DNA of 59,469 nt, filler included, from Basidiobolus ranarum (Eukaryota), in assembly GCA_040143965.1 (NCBI GenBank). It is 6 parts of 6 records of this genome, joined end to end, with 100 filler letters (N's around TTAATTAATTAA, not from the genome) between each part and the next. Parts side by side here need not be neighbours in the genome. Positions count along the whole stretch, not along the records: positions 39,731 to 49,551 come from JASJQH010007653.1; positions 49,652 to 59,469 come from JASJQH010007654.1; 4 more parts are not named here. One strand, given 5' to 3'. The position numbers and the translations under genes are program-made. Shown here piece after piece: positions 48,396 to 59,469 of this stretch. Under the pieces are notes generated by a model that made no database searches, was not told where the DNA came from, and saw nothing but the letters and a program-made list of their open reading frames with translations. Every line of letters begins with the position of its first letter. The first letter of the stretch is position 1.

Positions 48396-49551
48396 TGTTA
48401 AAGTATTTGGAAGTCTGTTGGACGTGGTTTGGAGAATTAGAGAAATTGGTGGTTTTGACCTATTGATTTATTGAGTATTCAGTTGATATATATAGTTTTA
48501 TCAAGATGTAAGCAAGCTAACATGTAGAATGTGTTAAAGAAGCTCCCAGGAACATGTGTGCAAAGTTTGGGGCTTCTAGCACAAGTTTGAAAAATCTATA
48601 AATCTGAGAACTTCAAAGTTGGTGTCTATAATCTAAGTAAATTCCAATTGACAATAATAGATACTATCTTACTGAATTATAAGATAACTAAGTACTAAGC
48701 TAGATATGACCATATAGATGTTTAGATAATGCTAATTTCAACACTCTCCCTCAACTAAGTAGTCATATAATCTAATCCTAATAAAGCTCTAAATTTCTGT
48801 CTATTTAATGGTTTGGTTAGTATATCAGCAAACATGTCCCCTGTAGAGCAATTAATTAAGTTAATAAACTTATTTTCCATAGTCTCTCCAATGAAGTGAT
48901 ATTTAATAACTCTATGATTGCTTCTATTATAAAACATGGAATTTTTAGCTAATTTGATACCACTTTGATTATCTTGAAATATTGAAGTTGGAAAGTTTTG
49001 AAAGTAACCTAAGTCTGTTATAAGCTTTCTTAACCATGGTGCTTCTTTTATTGCTTCACAGGCTGCCATTTATTTTGCTTCTGTTGTTGGAAGTGCTATG
49101 GTAGGCTGTTTCTTTGAATTCCAAGAAATAGCTCTATTATAGCAAAGAAATAAATATCCTGTTGTAGATCTTTTGTCTTCAAAGTCTCTTCCCCAATTTG
49201 CATCTGTATATCCCATCAGATCAAAGTTTGATCCAGAATATGATTATATTTAGCACAGATCCACAGTACCATGCAAATATCTGAAAATCTGCTTAACTGC
49301 TAAGATTTGAGCAGATCCCAAATTTTGAAGATATATTAATATCTATGTGTTTGCTTCTATTATGAAACGTGGGATTTTTAGCTAATTTGATACAACATTG
49401 ATTATCTTGAAATATTGTAGTTGGTGAACTTTGAGAATAACCCAATTCTGTTAAGAGTTTTCTTAAAGTTTCCACATAATCTATTCCTGGTGCTTGGGAA
49501 TAGCCTTTGGCTACTGGTCTAGCCTGGTACCTTTCTATATTGCCATCAGAG
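48396..49551 (-). mobile_element. 3' end of Ty1/copia element: RT/RNase H relics, PPT (48744-48754), 3' LTR (48396-48743)
   Basis: RYQARPVAKGYSQAPGIDYVET, AVKQIFRYLHGT, GYTDANWGRDFEDKRSTTGY, FQDNQSGIKLAKN, DMFADILTKPL; polypurine tract TTGAGGGAGAG abutting the LTR TG. Confidence 0.92.
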
Positions 49552-50582
49552 NNNNNNNNNNNNNNNNNNNNNNNNNNNNNNNNNNNNNNNNNNNNTTAAT
49601 TAATTAANNNNNNNNNNNNNNNNNNNNNNNNNNNNNNNNNNNNNNNNNNNNGGAATCGAAACTCTACGGCGGCAATACAGTTAGTTCCTTTGTACCACTA
49701 GAGGGCGAAGTAATAGGCAGTTTGAGTATCTAAGATCACACCATTGCAGCGTGCACGAATTTAGAAATAGAAGACTCTACCGCTAACATCGCCTTTAAAT
49801 GGGCACTGTAGTGGAGTAGTAGTATATCGTGTTACCAAATAGCGGAGAGTGTAACTCGAAGGGCCAACAAGTCTTAATTTTCTTCCACGAGACACACGAG
49901 CTGCGGCCCTTCATCTCATCTTTGTAAGAGGTGCAGGTCAAGTGGGAACCGAACTAAATACCATGTCTATTCTAGAATGGAAAGACCCACTCTTCAGTTT
50001 CGTATTACAGACCAGATGCTCCACGTTTACTGAGCGATGTTAAGTATTTACCGCAGTAGGCTTCTCTTGAGTGATATCGCTTTCGATGAGACAAGATAAA
50101 TCAAGTCGATATAGATCCGGAGATACCCACGCCTTTAATCGAATACTGGTTTGTCGACTACCATTGAGAAGGATATTGGATTACACATGTCTCAAATAAA
50201 ATATGGATCGGTATCCTCCGTCCATAAAGCTAAACGCCCCTTTAAAGTAATCACGAATGTTATACGATGTGGATGCTGGAGAACAGTTTCTAACAAGATA
50301 CTATTTGCTTAGAAAGGAGACAAATGGATGTAGACAAAAATGTACCAGGTAAGGGCATTGGTGAATTACGTATAGTGATGGGTTCATAGTATAATACCAA
50401 TGAGACTAATCTAAATCAAAGAAACAAGCTCTTAGCTATAGCGAGAAGAGGACTGTTTGTAACGTCTTGGGATTATTGAATGGGTCTCGGTGCTCATAAT
50501 TGGATATACTTTGTGTTTAACACAATAATAGCTAATATACTGTGATCTCACCATTGGTAGCCAAATAAACATATGCTAGATG

Positions 50583-50916
50583 TGTTGAAAATGACATAGC
50601 TTAAGCATCTATATAGTCATATAGCTAGCTACCTAAATTTCACTATGTTATTATGAGATATCTTCATGAGGAATTTAGAATATTTTTACCAACTTGGAAG
50701 TTTGAAGATTATATGATTTTCTAAAACCTGTCCAAGAGACCCCAAACGTTGTATACATGTCTCTCGGACCTTTCTGGACATACTCCACATGCTATTTTAT
50801 CTACCTCTGGACAAAAGTATTAATATCTACTCACACTCAATAAATCATCAAGTACAAACCACCAATTCTTCTAGTTCTCCAAACCACTTCCTACAGGCTC
50901 CCAAAGTACTTTAGTA
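50583..50916 (+). mobile_element. Diverged solo Ty1/copia LTR
   Basis: Colinear but more diverged copy, TGTTGAAAATGACATAGC...CAGGCTCCCAAAGTACTTTAGTA; no clear TSD. Confidence 0.8.
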
Positions 50917-51230
50917 CCTATACCGTCAAAGTCATATAATTCAGTCCACTGACCAGTTATCATCTCATACACATTTTTCAGAGTTTATGTTCTCAATAAT
51001 TTCAGTATAGGATTTTACGTGAGCATGTGCCTTACTACCCTGAGTATTGATATCTTTGGCAATATAGAAATATCCAGATGTTAAACATTCAGCTTTTGTT
51101 TTGAATCAGATCATGCTATGGTTTGTTGAGATATAAAGGTTGCAGATATCCATCTTTTTAGACAATATATCTTGTATATATGTTTTGGAAATTGACATCA
51201 CTTTGAAATTCCTCATTTGCTTCTTCCCAA

Positions 51231-51661
51231 TGTTGAAATTAACTTTGCCTAAACACCTATATAGTCATATAGCTTAGTACTTAGTTATCTTATATTTCAC
51301 TAAGATATTATCCATTATTCTCATGAGGAATTTACTTAGAAGTTCTCAGATATATAGATTTTGATAACTTATGCTAGAAGCCCCAAACTTTGCACACATG
51401 TTCCTGGGACCTTCCTTAACACACTCTACACGTTAGTTTGCTTACATCTTGACAAAACTATAAATGTCAACTGAATACTCAATAAATCAATAAGTGAAAA
51501 CCACCAATTCCTCTAATTCTCCGAACCACTTCCAACAGGCTCCCAAATACTTTAATAAATTCCTCATGAGAATAATGGGTAATATCTTAGTGAAATATAA
51601 GATAACTAAATACTAAACTATATATGACTATATAGGTGCTTAGGCAATGCTAATTTCAACA
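51231..51661. mobile_element. Full LTR (51231-51557) fused to an inverted copy of its first ~105 bp (51556-51661)
   Basis: Both ends read TGTTGAAATTA inward; arms 51231-51334 and 51556-51661 are reverse complements with a few mismatches. Confidence 0.88.
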
Positions 51662-54092
51662 ATATATTCAGGTAATTTTATCCCTGGAAATAGAGAGCAC
51701 ATTTGTCACCACCCTACATAGATAGACTTGCAATGCAATCTTGGCCAGGAACCATATGATGTTCTTTGGGAGGGAGTCCATATTCATATGTACCTTCAAA
51801 TAGCATTTTAAACCCATGTTCAAATATTCTGCAAGTGAATACAATAGATAGAAGTGCTTAGGGTAGGTTAAACTCTATAACGTAATCCCATGCCTAATGT
51901 GTTGCTGAATATAAACCATGTAGAATAGGCAACTCAGATACAAACGCACTCCTGATCAGGCCACTCGTAGTATCTACTTTCTCCATATGGTTTACCATCC
52001 AGAAGCTTTCGTCATCTTTTTGGAGGCATGGATGAAACTATGATCTAGTTCATGTAGTCTTGATGCACTTATTTATTATACACTTGCTTATTTATGGTTA
52101 ATTGTCGATCAGACCAAAATGAGTCATCAGATAACAGTATACCAAGATTTTCCATTGGATAACTAATATATATATATGGCAAGTCGGTAAACCTTTATGA
52201 TAAGACGAGCTAAATCCGGATTGCAGTATGCATATGTGTAAAGACCAAGCATGGAGAGGCGATTTTCTAGCGTTGCTTTGAAAGTTTAAGCGATTGAAAG
52301 AGCAACCGCTTCGTATGCACCTGTACAGAGATATCCGATACCGTTGATGGAATACAAATTTCTCGCAGATTCTGTGGTAACTGCTTCCCGATGATGAAAC
52401 TCTACATCCGCCAGTCAGTGTGGCTCAAAGGCATGTAACAGTGCTGTTGTACACATGCTAGTGGAAATAAATTGACTCCTTATTGTGTATTTTCTGAGTT
52501 ACCCTGCATCACGTCACTGTTTCACAGAAACACACATCAGCCAAAAAGATCGACTTTTCCATAACCGGCTTTCTAGTAAGTGTCCCTCTTCTTATAGTTA
52601 GAATTCACTCATATACTTCTAGTGATACACGATTATTATTTATCGACGCACAAATAGTCCCATGCAGCTGAGATCAATACATATAACATGGAATGCGGGA
52701 TACAAATCTATTGCACCATGCGCAAGTAATAGACTGATGAGAACCATTATATCGTCTGATGGAACGATTGAGCGTGAATCTACTATGTAACATCTAGTTG
52801 AACATTTGTGAATCCGTTGGAGCAATGCCCGATTGAATATGAGTGTGTCGGATAAACCGTGGGCTGAATTAAAAATCATCTGAAAGTCTTGAAACCTGTT
52901 GCACCAGGAAGTCCAAGGTATCTTGGCTTTACAATATTAGATCATTCAAATCAAATGTAGGCACTGCAGCATAAACCGGATGGGGTCCTGAATATCCATC
53001 CATTTGCAGTATCTCATATCAAATACCCCTCCGTACCAAAGGAGTGTGCTCAATATAAGCACTTCTTGCGTTAGATAAGCATGCATTGATACGCTTGAGC
53101 CTTGATTGTCAGGATCATGTGCCTCAGGTATTACACATTTCCCCACCAGACAGGTCCCTGTTAGCATACACTGAGATCAATACACTTCTGTTTCTACCAA
53201 GTGAACTATGACGGATCTATGAGAGTAAACATCTAAAGTACCATTACATCAGCATAAACTTGACGTTCCCATACAAACTGAAGGCGGTTAAGGACACCGA
53301 ATCTAGCCGACAATTATTACCAATCTTATCACGCATCGTCATGTACTAGTTACATCAGGAATAAGCTTGCCTTGTGTTGTATGAAGGAATGTTGGATGAA
53401 TCGCATGTTGATATGGGATTTGATTGATTTATTGCACTGGTGATTTAAGAGCTACCAGAGTGATGTGAAAGTGGCGATTTCCATATCAAATGCATATTGC
53501 ATTGTAAAGTATTATGAGGATCTCTGCTACTAATTGGTAGTGTAATAAGCTATAGTAGATGTGATACATACTATGCATGCGAGCATCTTTATTTGTACCT
53601 TGCCATGCAATAATTTACTAGTCTTCAACTCCGCTATCCGCAATCCATGTTCAATTTAGTTTGAATCGCTGGCTAAGAAATGATGTACATGAGTCCGTCA
53701 TAATTCCCAAACACTCGTCTCTCCAAAGCATACTCATGTCTGTATATAGGTATATGTAACAAACTACCCACTATATACGGCGCTCAGTTCACTTATCTGC
53801 TGCTCGTGCATAGTCAATGTAAATCAATCGAGATGCGCGAGCTCATCTCATGCAATCAAGCTTAAGAAAAGAAGAAAAGTATTTATATAACAGACAATGA
53901 TTTCAAAGGTAGCAATTTTGAGAATAATGGTCGAAGGTCTCATCCAAAGTAGGGTACAATTGCTTTGATAAGTGGTTCTTAATTATATGGGTCATTCCAA
54001 AAAAAAAGTTATCTGATACTGTATGAGTGCTTTTGTGAGTGATCAAAGAATAGAATCTAAAGTTTGGTGTCTAACAAATGAGAGTTTCCTCA

Positions 54093-57000
54093 TTAATTAG
54101 AGTTTGGTTGCGGTCCGGATTGCCGTGGCGATTGGTGATGCCCATTTGGATTCTGGGGCCCGCCAAGAGGTACGGAACCTGGTCTACGATCTGGTGCGTA
54201 ACCCTAAACATATTCTCTTGTTTAGTCTTTATTCGTGTGATATGGAGGATAATAAACTAGTGCTTACGTCTTTAGCGTCGGGTTGTCGACCCATAGCCTT
54301 TTCACTAATACCAATCAACGCTTCTGCCCCGTCATAGTCTTCGTCCACTTGACGAGCTGGCATGCTCATACCGCTGGGTTTATCCGATCGAGCAGAAATA
54401 GGAGAGTAGTTAGGCTTGTTCGGCCCATTCATCCCCTCCGGTCGAGCGTGATGAGGGTGAGGACTAGGACTTTCTTTCATATTACGAATTTCGGGTGGCA
54501 TACTTGCTCTCTTTACATCAGAGTGTCTACCATCATTATGTGTAGGTGCAGGGGAAGGCGTCAATGTCCGAATATCTTTGATACCAGCTACTGGGCTATT
54601 TCTACTACAACATAAAAATTAGTGTTTGGGTCAAAGCAAGAATTTCATTTCGAGAGAACAAACTTTCTATCATCAGAAGAGGATAATATATGATTCTTAT
54701 GATCCATCATCATAGGCATAGATGAAGGGGTGGGGATACCAGGGCCTAGCGACCTTCTAGCTAGATCTACGTTATGAGAGGGTTCATTGGGGTGCATTCT
54801 TGGGGATCTTTCAACAGACCCAGGAAGGGAATGTGTCTCATTTCTTTGATATGGATTCATCACATTACCAGGCCTATTCAGGGGTTCTTGCTTAACTTTG
54901 CTAGGATCCATCACCATGTCATTTATCCGCTCTCCAAATGGCGACTCGCGAACCGGAGTCTGCATATGGTGAGGTGGGTGCATTTCTGATGGAGGGCGTA
55001 TTATTGGTGATGGTGCGTTGGGTGGTCTCAATGGCATTCGATAGTCCTGTGGAGGACCGGAAGAGAAATTGTCACTGTTTGGATGCTTCATAGGCTTCTG
55101 GGGACTCATGTAAGGATGGGATCTTCCGTCTGGGCCATAAGAGCCTCTCATTCCACCCGTCAATTCAGGAATTCTTTGGGTATCTTCACGAGGCTGTTGG
55201 TTAAACGGTGGGGGTGTACGTCTAATAAAGTTCCCAGACCCTGGGGGTGGACCCGGGGGAATATCTCTACCGCTCATTAATGATTCATTAGGTGGGCCAG
55301 ACTGAGGAAGTAAGTTAGCTTAGGTTGATACATGAAGCGATACGATGCTTATTTACCAAAGGTGGTGGAAGATGTCCTCCAAGTCTACTATCAGGTGGTC
55401 TGAGAGGATAACCTGGCATATTTTGTGGTGGACCTTGAGAGGAAGGACCGAGAGTCTATACCGTACATATAATTATAAATATCAAAAGTCTTGGAAATAA
55501 AAAACCATCTAATTACCCACCTGACCAAATTGTGGAGGAACGCCCGTCATAGCTGAAGCTGTACTGTTTTGATACATAGTAAGATTGACGTCTTGTGGAA
55601 CAGGGGCAGTACTACTTGGAGGACTAGAGGAAAATCGCAATATGACAAATTGTTAATATCGACTTCGATTGAGTATTCCGTTTCATAAGCAAACATACCC
55701 TCCTGCTTGGGCATTTCTTAATAGAAGCAGTCTTTGCTTGATATGGGGATTATTCGGATCAAGCTCAGCAGCGCGTTGATAGGCATCGATAGCATCGTTA
55801 ATTTGATTGTTACATGACTCATATAAAGTGCCCAAGTCGTACCAAACTTCACTAATATAAGGGTTTAATCTGATGGCTCTACTATAAGCATCCAATGCAT
55901 CGCGATACTGTCAAGCAATAGTTAGTTAGATTTATACTCAAACATCACCGATACATAAACGACTTACTTGCTGGATTTGGTAATAAAGAACACCTATTGA
56001 ACACCAAAAGGTGGGGTTTTTGCCGTCACGATAGCTAAGTTCCAATACATTAGCTCGAGAAAATGGAAAACTCAGTGTAAAATACGTACACAGCTTGTTG
56101 ATAGGCTTCATAGGCTTTGCTGTACTTCTGTTGAGCCATATAACAGCGGCCTAATAGATACCATGATTGTGCATCGGCACTGTCTAAAGATGGAGCCTAT
56201 AATCAGTTCTAAACACATATGATGTAATTTCAAGATATTTAAAAAGAACGTACCGGCTTCAAGTGATTTTGTCAGATAGCCAATTGCAGTATCCTGATTG
56301 GCGAATGGAGCATTTGGTTGATGGCAAAGCCAACCCAACTGTTGCAAGACTTTGGCATGATTGGGGTTTTCAGAAAGCACTCTCTCATAGGCCTCTTTAG
56401 CGAGTTGATACTGTTAGAAGCGTTGAGTTCTCAGAAGTTAAAGCATCATTGACTATAGCTAAGAAAATAATACGCTACCTCCTTTTGCTGCTCATGAACA
56501 TGACCAATCTGGAACCAAATATCTACTTCTGTAAGTGGGCGAGGAGGCGAGCGGAGAATATATTGGAAACACTTTTGAAAGTTACTAACAAGATCTAAGA
56601 ATATGAAATAAAGTACTAGCAAAGTGCACCTGCAAACTAAGGTCGTATTTTTGTTGCTGCTTATAAATAATGCCCAGTCTAAAATAAATCTCGTTGGCTT
56701 TCTCGAATTTAGAGTCCATTCGTAATACAGCAGAAAATGCTTCTTCAGCGTGTTCTAGCGATTGATAGCGGTCGTAAAGTATCCCAATTCCATACCAAAG
56801 TTTGGGTTCCTGAAGGAAGATTGTTAGCATTGAGCTTACCCTTCTTTTATACGTAATAAGGTACAAAAGAGCGAAAGAAAATAGTCTCATATCACCTTGG
56901 GATTGGGAAGGTGATAAAGTGCTTGCTGATAAGCGGTATATGCCTTTTGCAAGTCATCCATCATGAGATAACAGTGTCCTAGAGCACCCCATATCTCACC

Positions 57001-57392
57001 ATTGTTTTGTTCGATGTTGAGAATTCTTTGGAAATATTCAACAGCCTTTACCAAATTGGTTAGAAAAGTATACTAGTGGATTGGAGTAGATGAAGAAGAC
57101 CGACTTTGGGGAACTGCTCTCGCCCTCTGCACAAAGAAGCGATTTGAGTAAGAGCTGGGATAGAATAAGGGTTGTGTCGTAAAGTAGCTTCGTAGGCATT
57201 CATAGCACGATCAAACTCTTGCATGAGCTCAGCCAACGCGCCTTTAAGATATTCATTATTAGCCGGATAATTAGGGATACATGCAGGTTATCTACCTCAA
57301 CATAACATACCTAGTTGCAACCATGTCTGTTCATTCATTGACACCAACCTTTGAGAAGAGGTCATTTGTTGAGAAGCCGGCGCAGCAGCCAT
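54093..57392 (-). CDS. CYC8: General transcriptional corepressor SSN6/CYC8 (TPR protein), many exons
   Basis: NEQTWLQLG, LRHNPYSI, NGEIWGALGHCYLMMDDLQKAYTAYQQALYHL, EPKLWYGIGILYDRY, ANEIYFRLGIIYKQQ, NPNHAKVLQQLGW, YQQAVYRDGKNPTFWCSIGVLYYQ, AIRLNPYISEVWYDLGTLYESC; Pro-rich tail with VDEDYD; last exon inferred to end 54093. Confidence 0.95.
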
Positions 57393-59469
57393 CACTGCTG
57401 GAGTTGTACCTGAAGTTGACAGTTTGGCGAAATAAGGAGTGGTAAAAAGTACGATACAAGAAACTGATGTCCAGGTTTATAACTTTATCAGTATTTCACT
57501 CTAAATAAGGTATCGACAAAGTAAGTAGATCAACATTTGAATTGAGAAGATTTAGTAAAACATGATTGAGGAATATCGAAGCTAAAATGTTGACATTACC
57601 CGAAGATGAACGGACTATGTCAGGAAAAGGGAACTAAGCAGGTTAATATAATTTTGGTCCAGAAAAAAGGAGGGTAAAATAGGTTACACAATACAATCTC
57701 CAAACAAGAACACGGGTACGTTAGATTTGACAAAAACCAGAAATTGTGCTATCATTACGTGGCTATCGAATAGATTTTGTACATTCTTAAAATAAATATC
57801 ACCATTACATATGAACCATTCCTTCTTTTCCATCTACTATGATTCAAAATCCGCTTAGTACAAATAAATAAGATGTTTCGGCTCGAAATTTCTGTCATCT
57901 GATTCTCTTGATGTTGATTGCCTTGGAATAGAATTTGGAGTTATTTCTCAGCAGCATATAAGGACAAAGTCTAGCTTCCATTTTGGGACGAGGATCAGAA
58001 TAAAATCTAGCCATACGGAATAAACATCGAATTTAGGAGTGGGTACATGGGTTGATTTACTCCAACATAGAGCCAGACACATGTTCTCTGGATTTCAATC
58101 AAATGTCGCTCTCGATATTGTCGAGTTCTGTAGTGGCGAACTGGGATCACTGCAGGATCTGTTTCTCATACTAATGCTATAATTACATATTCTATCTCAG
58201 ATATGCACATGTATTAACCCTGAGACGATACTTCGGCTTGTGAAGGGGGTTGAGTGAGCAGCACCCTCTGTGCCAGGCTTGACGGATGTAGAGGACATGG
58301 ACGGGCTAACTTTGATGGCTGCGGAGGGATGTTGCAATGAAAGAGCAACCTTGCGTCTATTCGACATTCCGAAAATTGAATCGACTGCATTCAGGATGCT
58401 GCGCTTACCCTTACCACCATCACAATTAGCACAATACTGGTTTGTAATCAAGTGCCGTATGATAGCCAGGAATTGCCACCACACACAGTAGGACCGACGC
58501 ACAGTCAAATCAGTTACGCATAGCCCTTTCAGGATGCCCCTCCCCAGGTAAGCTTGGATATACTCGAAGAGATACATTGGCCCGAGGACCTGAGGATAGT
58601 CTAGTCAGCCTTAGAACAGAAGCCTCTTGAGGCGAATCAACACCCTGCTTTTTAAGATGATACACGATCGGATCTTGGTGTTTTGAATCTTTCGTCCAGT
58701 AAAATACTCAAAAAATGATGATCATCAAAGCCAGGGTTAATAAGGAGTATATTAGTATGATCCTTAGTACAAGTGTAGTTTCTCACGTTTCTCCTGAGCA
58801 TTCAGTTTGGAATCCATCTGTGCTGCTGAAGAGCTGTGGTAAGCCTCTGAAGTATGTAATGAATACATTATAATACAGTATATTTTCAATGTATTGTTAA
58901 ACTAGTAGATAGTCGCGTTACTACCCTTTGGTTTTTGTCACGGGACAAGACCTTAGCAACTATCAAACCCTGATGCAGAGATCGAGGATCTGGAATCATT
59001 CTAGTGAAAGATCTGTGAATGGCCACAACTACACAGTTCAATTTCAAATGAATCATTATATATGTATAACCCCATTTGATGGGATTTGCCGCTTCATGCC
59101 CACCTATGCATTATATTTAGACGTGAGTGATTTCGAGAAGCTAGAGCGAATTATGTACCGAGCATTGTATATAGTATAAATCTATGCTTATGATATTCTT
59201 AGACAAGATATGGGTTTAATATATCCATCTGTGGCGAGTGGTCCAAGTGTGAATGCATTTCACCCGTTATAGAAGCCCAGTCGACTTTTGGAAGAGGTGA
59301 CCCACTCCGGCTTCAACAGGTTATGTCAGCAGTATTATTTCGTAGCAATCCAACAGTTGGGAATAGATCTTGAGGAGATGTACGGGCGCCCACTTTGCAA
59401 CTCCAACGTTGTTATGATGATACCAATGTACTCTGGAAGAGATGTTACTATCAATACGCGGTTCATGCA

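Noticed and set aside
50917-51230. Chitinase-like YDFDGI motif on the minus strand between two LTRs
   Set aside because: Only six residues with no sustained open frame or other GH18 motifs.
58520-58555. U1 snRNA (CTTACCTGG on the minus strand)
   Set aside because: Lacks the U1-70K loop, the U1A loop at the right spacing and the Sm site; it is simply the complement of a splice-donor-like sequence.

Overview
Eukaryotic, AT-rich fungal DNA with short GT-AG introns. The gene content suggests an early-diverging lineage such as Zoopagomycota or Mucoromycota (inference). The window is not one locus. It is six contigs of strictly decreasing length (9841, 9836, 9829, 9824, 9821, 9818 bp) joined by artificial 100-bp N-TTAATTAATTAA-N spacers, so adjacency across spacers means nothing. 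Contig 1 has a tandem SURF4/ERV29 pair, a group I G-alpha and an orphan 3' gene end. Contig 2 has a CDC4-like WD40 gene, biotin-protein ligase and a DHCR24-type sterol reductase. Contig 3 has a peroxisomal 4CL-like ligase and UTP10. Contig 4 has myosin II, eIF1A and RPS30. Contig 5 has a secreted MiAMP1-like antimicrobial peptide, an ascorbate-oxidase-like multicopper oxidase and nested Ty1/copia relics. Contig 6 has copia LTRs and SSN6/CYC8. The best leads are (i) a fungal homologue of the plant antimicrobial peptide MiAMP1 missing one disulfide pair, (ii) a 268-bp highly structured element between 10-bp direct repeats, present in the intron of only one SURF4 paralogue, and (iii) a copia family with a half-tRNA-type primer site, self-nesting and a fold-back LTR derivative.
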